From an uncultured Gemmataceae bacterium (GTDB taxonomy: Bacteria > Planctomycetota > Planctomycetia > Gemmatales > Gemmataceae): a DNA stretch of 64,000 nt. Below, piece by piece: positions 54,152 to 62,025 of this stretch; position 1 is the first letter of the stretch, and each line of letters begins with the position of its first letter. The position numbers were made by a program, and so were the translations under genes. The notes beneath the pieces are model-generated. The model was not told the origin of the DNA. It did not search any database and saw only the letters and a list, made by a program, of their open reading frames with translations. The stretch covers positions 928,001-992,000 of the forward strand of contig CAVVPN010000011.1 in the NCBI GenBank assembly GCA_963750165.1. Direction: 5' to 3'.

Positions 54152-54408
54152 AGGGGCACCGACTTATTCGAGGGGCTCGCGTGGCGGTTTCCAAGACAGA
54201 GTGGAAGAGAAGAGGGTATGAGATCAAGGCAGGTGAGCAACCGCACGGATGGCTGTGTCACAACATGGGCTGCATGGTGACGTATGCGGTTTACCGCGAC
54301 GACCAAGTTGAGCAATTGGTCCCCCGACCACGGACACGGAGACGGACACGACGAAAAGCGGTGCGGGAGGTCATCCCCGAGATCAGATGGCAAGAAGTTG
54401 GCTTCTGA
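54142..54408 (+). CDS. Hypothetical basic protein
   Basis: Overlaps the upstream stop; SKTEWKRRG..IKAGEQP....YAVY..DQV. Confidence 0.55.
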   Translation: MLLKGHRLIRGARVAVSKTEWKRRGYEIKAGEQPHGWLCHNMGCMVTYAVYRDDQVEQLVPRPRTRRRTRRKAVREVIPEIRWQEVGF

Positions 54409-54465
54409 CGGTATCCGCGAGGCCACTGCCCGAAGCAGATCAACAACGAAGAAAAGGAGTTCAAC

Positions 54466-54957
54466 ATGACCGTAAGAGAAACTTGTCCAGATTGCGGCGT
54501 GGGCGTCGGCGAGCCGCACGTCAACGCCTGCGATGTCGAACCCTGCTCCGTCTGCGGCGGACAGCAGTGCAGTTGCGAGTGCAAGGGCCACGACCCGACC
54601 AAATCGGTTTGGACCGGAGCTTGGCCGTTCAAGTGCAAGAACAACGACCAGAAGTCACCGCACCCAATCACGAGCGATGGCTTCGTGATCTACGGCCTTG
54701 AAGAAGCACTTCGAAGACAGCAGGGAGCGCCTCAAAGGAAGCAGGAGCCCCCTCCGCGAGAGTATCCTGACCACCTCCTTGAACGGAATGCGCGCTGTGC
54801 CTTCAGAACGGGCTTCATCGAGCCAGTCTTCAGTGGCGGACAAATGACGGGAGACTTCCGTGCGTGCCGCCGATGCCCTGATGGGGCATACGAGATGGGC
54901 CAGTTCACAAGCCGAGAGGAGGCCCTTGGTTGGGCGAAACGATACGAGAAACGCTGA
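54466..54957 (+). CDS. Cys-rich putative Zn-binding protein
   Basis: CPDCGV.VGEPH..ACDVEPCSVCGGQ.CSC.C; AAGGAG RBS. Confidence 0.7.
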   Translation: MTVRETCPDCGVGVGEPHVNACDVEPCSVCGGQQCSCECKGHDPTKSVWTGAWPFKCKNNDQKSPHPITSDGFVIYGLEEALRRQQGAPQRKQEPPPREYPDHLLERNARCAFRTGFIEPVFSGGQMTGDFRACRRCPDGAYEMGQFTSREEALGWAKRYEKR

Positions 54958-54992
54958 CAACAACATCACTTCACGAAAGGTAAGGAAGCCAC

Positions 54993-55634
54993 ATGACCAC
55001 TACGCGACCCAAGGAATACGTCTACAAGTCTACCTTGCGAGACGTTTACGGACTTACACCGTCAATGATCGACGAACTGGACCCGCCCGACAAGATCGTT
55101 GACAACCCGCTTTACACTAATGCGCCAAGCGCCAGTTTATATCTGATTGTGCGGGTCGAATCGTGGATCGACGCCAATCAGGAACGAGTCGAGAAGGCAC
55201 GGGCGAGTCGAGCCAAGAGATCGGAAGCGGCCAAGAAGTTTCACGACAAGCTGCGCGCCCAGAAACGCGATCTTGCTTTTGAATGGGTTGGCAGTGTGCA
55301 GATCACCTTGGAACCGCTGCCCGACGATTTGATCGAACGAGCGAATGCTCGTTACCCGCTGCGAGCGGTTGTTGACGTTGAAACTGAAAAGGGGCTGCGC
55401 ACGTTCGTGCGGCATCGGCTCAGCAACTATGAATCCCTTCTGGCACTCCTTCGTGGGTACGAACCTTGGCTGTCGGAAGAACTGTATCTGAAACTTCGAA
55501 GTCGTGTTGACGCGATTGTTGATCAGGCAGTGATGCAATGGCAGCGCCGCACGACCGAAAACAGCGGGGTCAAGAACGACGGCCTTGCCCATGAGCCTCG
55601 TGAGACACGGCAAATGAGCGCAATGACGGTGTGA
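54993..55634 (+). CDS. Hypothetical protein, XPA-C-like N-domain
   Basis: YKSTLRDVYGLTPSMI.EL.PPDK.V.NP.Y..AP.A.LY...RVE pattern. Confidence 0.6.
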   Translation: MTTTRPKEYVYKSTLRDVYGLTPSMIDELDPPDKIVDNPLYTNAPSASLYLIVRVESWIDANQERVEKARASRAKRSEAAKKFHDKLRAQKRDLAFEWVGSVQITLEPLPDDLIERANARYPLRAVVDVETEKGLRTFVRHRLSNYESLLALLRGYEPWLSEELYLKLRSRVDAIVDQAVMQWQRRTTENSGVKNDGLAHEPRETRQMSAMTV

Positions 55635-55734
55635 CGCTGGGTCCATCCACGTACTACGCCAGCGGGCTTCTCGCATTCGGCTTCTTCGCCATGACTCACT
55701 CCACCTCAGCAAAGGTGCCTCGATCCGCTGGGAT

Positions 55735-56235
55735 TTACGGGATTAGGCCCTTCTTGAAGGCCATTTCCTGCACCTCCCGTGTTGCGCGTCGGCTGTCAAG
55801 CATGAAGCCGTTCACGCTCAAGGTCCAGATGATCGAATAACTGTCGATCTGACTCGGCAAGAGCCAATGCCAATCGAATTGGCGGATCTTGAGCATCTTG
55901 CGGATCAGCGCCGACTTGCCTTGTCCCGTGCTCTCGGCGACCTCGAACGCCTTGTCGATGGCGGTCAACTTCATGTGCGGAGATCTGCCGCTGTCGTCGA
56001 GGAAGTTCGCCCAGCCGATTGTGCGAACTATGCCGCAGGCCCACGTGTTCGGCTTGCCGCTCACCAGAGGCGAGGGGCGCTTACGAGCGAGTTTCTCGGT
56101 GAGCTTGCGGCAGAGGACCGCATACTCGTCGTTCAGGTGCTCGCGGCAGAAGCCTTGCACGAGACGGTCAATGACCTCGAAGACGGGCTGGACCTCTTCG
56201 GGGATCGCGGTGCCACCGCTCTTGCGTTTCGCCAT
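55735..56235 (-). CDS. DUF6398-family protein
   Basis: FCREHLNDEY..LCRKL..KLARKRPSPL.SGK..TWACGI...G.ANFL.D; ends GLIP*. Confidence 0.75.
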   Translation of the reverse strand: MAKRKSGGTAIPEEVQPVFEVIDRLVQGFCREHLNDEYAVLCRKLTEKLARKRPSPLVSGKPNTWACGIVRTIGWANFLDDSGRSPHMKLTAIDKAFEVAESTGQGKSALIRKMLKIRQFDWHWLLPSQIDSYSIIWTLSVNGFMLDSRRATREVQEMAFKKGLIP

Positions 56236-56340
56236 CGCTCGCCTTCGTCAGATTGTGACATCACCAGAATGCGAGAATCCCGCCTACGACGGTTCTCCGG
56301 TGTGGTGCTGATGTCATTTCCTCCCAAATTCAGCAAATGA

Positions 56341-57183
56341 CTAAGTTGGGGGTTGCGATACCAGCAGTCGCCTCTTAATCACCCTCCCGATGAACCGCCA
56401 GTAGACATCGGGAGCGGGTTCGTGGTCATCGGGGCACACGGGCGGAAGGTCTTTACCGGCCATAAATCTGCCTTGGATGAGGCCGATGGGGGTCTTGTCG
56501 TAAGCGTCGTTGTGGAGAAGTGGGACGAAAGACCGGAGGATCGCCACGATCCGATCCACATCCCCGTTGGGTGCCATCTGGACAACGGCGTGGCGCAAGT
56601 AGCTGGTGACGCCGTGCCCGTCCGGGTCTTCGTCGGTGCAGAAGCGGAAGAATAGCCCAACCTGCGTATTCTTGTTGACCGGCAACTTCAAGGTGCATCC
56701 CGGTGCCTCGGTGCATCGACGGAGAAACTCAGCCCCGTAGCTGTTCAGGTGACCCTCGGTGAACTCATCCTTTCCCGTCAGCAGGTAGGTACACAGCGCG
56801 TAAATGGACGAGTGCTTGAACACGAGCCAGAGGGTCTGCTCTGGGGCGAATTCGGCCAGCAAGGCTGGAATATCCTGCCCTAGCCGCAATTGTCCCCCAG
56901 TGGGCTTACGGAGCACGTTGATGCGGCGAGGCGTCTCATCCTTCAGGATCTCCTTCGCTTGATCGAGCACCTTCAGGGTATTGTCCACGTCGCCTTCCTC
57001 GTAGAAGGCCATAACCGCCGAGAGAAGTGGGGTCGCCACCAGATTCGGGAAAACCCCGTGCCGGGGGTCCAGCGCCACCAGTTCGGAGAGGCTACCGCTT
57101 GGGAACGGGGTGTTGTGCTTGCTCTTGTCTTCTGGAAGGGCTTTCCCGACGAAATACAGGTCTTTCATCCCAGCACCTTTCAC
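56341..57183 (-). CDS. Hypothetical protein
   Basis: 280-aa ORF co-oriented in the string downstream of drmC. Confidence 0.6.
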   Translation of the reverse strand: MKGAGMKDLYFVGKALPEDKSKHNTPFPSGSLSELVALDPRHGVFPNLVATPLLSAVMAFYEEGDVDNTLKVLDQAKEILKDETPRRINVLRKPTGGQLRLGQDIPALLAEFAPEQTLWLVFKHSSIYALCTYLLTGKDEFTEGHLNSYGAEFLRRCTEAPGCTLKLPVNKNTQVGLFFRFCTDEDPDGHGVTSYLRHAVVQMAPNGDVDRIVAILRSFVPLLHNDAYDKTPIGLIQGRFMAGKDLPPVCPDDHEPAPDVYWRFIGRVIKRRLLVSQPPT

Positions 57184-57190
57184 ATGCTTG

Positions 57191-58072
57191 TCATCGGCTC
57201 TTCCTCATCGCCGCTGTCGCCTTCTTCGGGTCAAACGCCTCGGGATCGAACGGCCCGCGCCACGCCAGCAGTTCATCGTGCTGCTCGTGCTCGGGGTCGG
57301 CAAGGGCGGCAAGGTAGTCCACGTATCCCCATGGTCCACCAACATCCTCGGGCGGACAGGCGCGCCCGCCTTCGACGCACCGTGGATACTTCTGGCCCTG
57401 CTCAGGCGTCGGGTGGCCCTCGAAGACGATCTCGTGCCGCCAGCCGTCGCCGAAGTCGTACTCGTACACCCACCGGGTCTTCTTCTTCGACTTTGGCAGC
57501 AGATCGCTCAGCACCACCTTGGTCTCGTCCTCCATCTCCAGTTCGAGGTTCATGTCGGCGGGCTCGGGCGGGCCGTAGCGTACCCCCTCGATCTCGAACT
57601 GGTGCAAGTGGTAGTTCTCCCACCCGAAAGCCGCTTGGATGTAGAGGTGAAGCACGTCGAGGCTGCAATCCGGCACCAGAATCCGCCGCCAGATCGCGGG
57701 CTTGATGTCGAGCAGGGTGATCTTGAACTGGAACAGCAGGCCCGAGTTCTGGAAGGGGCGTCGGGTGGTGGCACGGGTCACGGCCAGCGATGCGCCGTCC
57801 TCAACGGCCTCGAACAGATGGGTGACTTTGCGCAAGACGGCGATGAGCCGCTTCTTGTCCGCGCCGACAGCGTACAAGGCGGCTTGACCGATCTCGTCGT
57901 TGAGAGCGTCGAGATCCTTGCGGGTGACGAGGACGGTCTGCGTCCCTTCACCGGCCTGCTCGATTTTCTGCTTGATCGACCGCTTCAGGCGGGTGGAGTG
58001 GATGAGTGACTCCCGCTGCGGTTGGGTCAGCTTGAAGGGATAGCTGGCAGCAGAGGTGTGTTTCTTCGCCAT
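57191..58072 (-). CDS. Plasmid pRiA4b ORF-3 family protein
   Basis: FKITLLDIKPAIWRRI, LH..IQAAFGWENYHLHQF, YEYDFGDGWRH and GGRACPPEDVGG. Confidence 0.9.
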   Translation of the reverse strand: MAKKHTSAASYPFKLTQPQRESLIHSTRLKRSIKQKIEQAGEGTQTVLVTRKDLDALNDEIGQAALYAVGADKKRLIAVLRKVTHLFEAVEDGASLAVTRATTRRPFQNSGLLFQFKITLLDIKPAIWRRILVPDCSLDVLHLYIQAAFGWENYHLHQFEIEGVRYGPPEPADMNLELEMEDETKVVLSDLLPKSKKKTRWVYEYDFGDGWRHEIVFEGHPTPEQGQKYPRCVEGGRACPPEDVGGPWGYVDYLAALADPEHEQHDELLAWRGPFDPEAFDPKKATAAMRKSR

Positions 58073-58124
58073 TCCTACCCCACTCCTTTCACTTCGACCA
58101 CTTCGGTCGCCACTCACGGGGTCA

Positions 58125-59099
58125 TCAATCCATTTGTGTCGGGACAATTGCGTTCAGAATCCCCTCGTCGTCCTTGGCCTGCATGAACGCGATGGTCCCC
58201 ATCGGAGGTCGCTTACTCAGCAGCCGATAGCCTTGCGGTGGCGAATACTGGATGACACCCGACTTCACCCCCTTGCTCTTCGTAGAGCACTTGGCTCTGA
58301 TCGCCTGCTCGATGTGCTCCTTCAGCGCAGCCCCTTCGAGCAATTCGCTCTTCTCGGCCACCCCGCATACGGCACAAAGGATGGCATCGAACTCGTCGTG
58401 TGACAGCACCTCGGATGCCGGGGCTGTCCATCCGAGACCGTTCAAGATTCCGGCCAGTTGGTGATTCATTTTCGACTGGGCAGGGATCTTGTCAGGACGC
58501 CCCTGCCACGTTCCGTCTTCCCCGCAGGAAGCCGCTCCCTTGTATTTCTTATTCGGTAGGCTCATCAGTTTGAGGGAAGCAGCCGGATAGGTTTCAAACA
58601 GGGTTGCGGCAAGTGCATTCTTCAGTTCGGCGGGCAGTGAGCGCCGCAGGTGTAGGAAGCGGGCGACGTATGACCCGATCCGTTGGGCGAGCGGCGGCAT
58701 GGCGTTGAAGGCGTAGTCCACGGGTCGTTTGGTCAATTCCCATACGAAGTGAGGCTTTCGCGGGGTCGGCAAGTCTTGCAGGTCTATTGGCACATCCACC
58801 ACCAAGCGATGATGGCGAAGGCAAGCGGCGAGCAGGGCCGATTCCGCCTTGATTACATTTGAGAGCACCCGCTTTCCGGCGACCTTCCGCCCAAAACACT
58901 GATTTCGGAAGACAGTGATGCGGAGCGTGCCGGAATCGAGCCGATCCGCTCGGGCGAGCGCCGAGCCGTCTGTGGAGTACCCGGCAAGGTCGAGGCCAAG
59001 CGCCGTCTTCAGCACCCGTTCTGGTTGCGATGTACCCGTCATGGCACATGGGGTGTCCTGAAACTCGCGCTCGGGATCGTTGGGCTTCCCCGGCATCAT
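58125..59099 (-). CDS. DUF429-family predicted RNase H-fold nuclease
   Basis: LGLDLAG, VVDVPI, TKRPVD, FETYPAA and HDEFDAILCA; starts 9 nt after drmC. Confidence 0.75.
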   Translation of the reverse strand: MMPGKPNDPEREFQDTPCAMTGTSQPERVLKTALGLDLAGYSTDGSALARADRLDSGTLRITVFRNQCFGRKVAGKRVLSNVIKAESALLAACLRHHRLVVDVPIDLQDLPTPRKPHFVWELTKRPVDYAFNAMPPLAQRIGSYVARFLHLRRSLPAELKNALAATLFETYPAASLKLMSLPNKKYKGAASCGEDGTWQGRPDKIPAQSKMNHQLAGILNGLGWTAPASEVLSHDEFDAILCAVCGVAEKSELLEGAALKEHIEQAIRAKCSTKSKGVKSGVIQYSPPQGYRLLSKRPPMGTIAFMQAKDDEGILNAIVPTQMD

Positions 59100-59108
59100 A
59101 ATGCTCCC

Positions 59109-59918
59109 TCACGGTGCGGACAGCACTCCCGTCTGGATCATGCGGTTGAAGTGCCTTTCGACCTGCTCGGGGAGGCCCCCGCCTTTGACCAGCAGACCAA
59201 GCTCCATGTTCAGCGTGAAGGCGTACTCCGTCAAGTTGGCGCTCGACAGGAACAGCCAGCGGCCATCGGCCACGGCGCACTTGACGTGCAGGATGCCCGC
59301 CTTGCCGCTCTCGCCCCGCGCCCGCTGCTCCAGCGGCCAGAGGTATACGCCGCACCGGCTGGCGACGGACGGGCCGAGTGCCGCGAGTGTGCTGTAGGCG
59401 TTCTGACCCTCGATTCGGTCGGGGCTTTCCACGACGATGTTGATTGCAACACCTCGGTTCGCGGCCTGCACCAAGGCATCACAGACGCGAGGGATGTTGT
59501 AGACGGCGTAGCTGACGACCAACAGCCGTGCTGTCGCTGATTCGATGACCTGAAGTATGGCTTGTTCCGTGCGCCGCACCGGCACTACGCCAACATCAGG
59601 GCCGGTCCAGACCAGTTCGACCGATTGGTGTTCGCTGTGCGCCTTTGCCATCGAAGAAGCGGTCAAGAGGGCGGTGGCGACCGCTTGGGCCGACACGTCG
59701 GCTGCATGTTCCCTCCATCCGTCGAGGAAGGCGACGACGAGGCTACGGTAGTGAGCATGGGCAAGGTCGCGCACCGCACTGGCGCGGCACGTCGCCCAGT
59801 CCCCCACAGCGACCGGGACGAGGGCCTCGGCGACCGCTTCCGCCACGGACCACGGCAACTTCTTGACCAGTAACGTCGCTTGATCGGAGACGAAGCGAAA
59901 GCCGCTGCTAAACGTCAT
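59109..59918 (-). CDS. drmC: DISARM phospholipase D-like nuclease (second system)
   Basis: VELVWTGP..VPVRRTEQ; HKD motif LHVKCAVAD..SSANLT..NMELG. Confidence 0.87.
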   Translation of the reverse strand: MTFSSGFRFVSDQATLLVKKLPWSVAEAVAEALVPVAVGDWATCRASAVRDLAHAHYRSLVVAFLDGWREHAADVSAQAVATALLTASSMAKAHSEHQSVELVWTGPDVGVVPVRRTEQAILQVIESATARLLVVSYAVYNIPRVCDALVQAANRGVAINIVVESPDRIEGQNAYSTLAALGPSVASRCGVYLWPLEQRARGESGKAGILHVKCAVADGRWLFLSSANLTEYAFTLNMELGLLVKGGGLPEQVERHFNRMIQTGVLSAP

Positions 59919-62019
59919 GGCGAGTCCCCTTTACCCGGCAAAAAGGGACTCGGCGCGCCCCACGAGGTTACGACCAGCAGGTCGCGGGCTCGGGTTGCCG
60001 CGACAAAGAGCAAAGAGCGTTCGCGGTCCACATGCTCGGCCCATGCAGCGGCGTCACTCTCGGCAGCGGGCACGCGCAAGGGCAGGACCGAGGCGTTGGC
60101 CCCTGCGAGGATCATGACGGGGAATTCGAGCCCCTTGACGCGGTGCATTGTCGCCAGACGGACGCCTTGGCCTTCGCGGGTTTTTTCTAAGCAGCGCATC
60201 TGATCCCCAGATCGCTCAAGATCGGCTGGTAGTCTTCCTTCAGCATCTTGTTCGTGCGGGCGACGAGACAGACCTCCTCTGGATGCCGGTCGCCGATGAG
60301 TTCTTTGATCCGCTGGCCGAGGAATTGTCGCTCGTCATTTTTCGAGCCAAAGAGGCGCACTTCGGGGACAGGTCCAGACAACAGCGACTTGTACCCCTGT
60401 TCCTCGTCGCGCTCGCCGTCGAGGTCGTCGGTTTCGACGCCTTTGAGCATTGCCATCGCCCACGCCCTGATCTCTTCGGTGGTCCGGTAGTTGATCCTCA
60501 ACTTGCTGGACCGCCCCTGCACGTTGATGCCGCAGCCTCGAAGTGTCACTTTCTGGCCGTAGATGCGCTGGTGCGCATCTCCCACGATGAACAGGTCATT
60601 CGCGCCGGGAGCAGCGATGGCTCGGATCAGTTTCCACTCATCGGCGTGGAAATCCTGCGCCTCGTCCACGATGACGGCCCGGTAAGGGAGGCGGGGCTTC
60701 TTCTCTTCAAGAAAACGGTGTGTTTGCTGAATGACGCTTTTCCACTCGGTCTTGCCAAGGTTGCGTAGGCCCAGACGGAACTTCTCGAACACCTTCCAGA
60801 CACGGCTGCGATGAGGGCGGCTGAGCGTCTGGCCTCGCCCAATGCGAGGCACTTTCAGGTAGTCGGCTTCCGCCTCGATGTCGTTGGCCTGCACCACCCG
60901 TTCCCATTCTTGCCGCAGAAATCCGATGTCATAGCCGAGGTCTTCCGCTGCGAGCAGGGCGTCCTCCCAGCAGCGGTCGAGGTCGTCTGGGCTGGCAATG
61001 TCGAACGCGAGTCCTTGGTCCTTCATGAAACGAATGGCCCAAGCATGTAGATGCAGGATCTCGATCTTCTTCCTCTGGTCGCCGCACAGACTGTCGAGGT
61101 TGTGCCCGACGTTCTGAGCAAGGTTCGCCGTGTAGGTCGTGAAGAGTACCTTGTCGTCTGCCCCCGTACAGAGGGAATTTGCCAGATGCCGAGCCCTGTG
61201 CATCGCCACGACCGTCTTGCCCGTGCCTGCGCCGCCCGTCACGCGGGCTGGGCCGTTGAACGCCTTCGCCACCAGCCGCTCTTGGCTGGGATGGAGGAAC
61301 ACTCGCCACTTCTCCAGTGGGGCGTTGAGGATCGAAGTCAGGTCTTCGTCGGTCTGGATGGTCACGAATCGGCGGCGAGAGTCGGGATGCTGGAGCGCCG
61401 CCGCGAGGTCGGCGGCATCTACCTTCTCCTTCGCTGTCTGGACTGCTACTGCCTCGCGTACTTCGTCCGGTGGCAGTCCCTCGGCCAGCCACGTCAGGGC
61501 CTCGGCGGCTTCCGCAGGAAGGTGCTTCGTGAGCGACAAAAGCTCATCTGGCTTTGCGACGGCCCGCACCGAAGGCAGAAGGACGGCGGGCACTCCAAAA
61601 GAAAGGAGAAGTTCGTCGTCGAACTGCGCCAATATGCCCGCCCGTTTCTTCCCGTTCACGGTCGGCTGGATCGCTTCGGTTGCCTCACTGACGCTGACGA
61701 CTTGAAGTGATCCTGTCCGTGGATTGACCTCGAAGACCCGGTTTTCAGTCCACGCCATCGCCTCATCATGGTTATCTACCCACATGAGGACGTAGACATC
61801 GCCCTGCTCAGGATGGAGAACGACGGCCCGGTACTTCTGGTCGATCCGAACGGTGCGGACCTTCGGATCTTTGGAGGCGTGGATCTTCTCGTAGTGGATC
61901 GCGGCTGATTTGGGATCGGCCTTGAACTTCTCGGTGAAGTCGCGCACTTTCTTCTGCTGCGCACGAGGTATGCGGGCGAAGGCGTCGAGGAACTCAGAGG
62001 AAATGGCGACAGTGGGCAT
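59915..62019 (-). CDS. RelE-like domain fused to a UvrD/SF1 helicase (frameshift at about 60195)
   Basis: About 90-aa RelE-fold N-terminus (SEFLDAFARIP..QKKV..F..DP...HYEKI...VRTVRIDQKYRAV...WVDNHDEA). GGAGTGKT, VDEAQD, GDAHQRIY, NYRT; the shifted frame carries TMHRVKGLEF and LLFVAATRAR. Confidence 0.85.
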
Positions 62020-62025
62020 GGGCAG

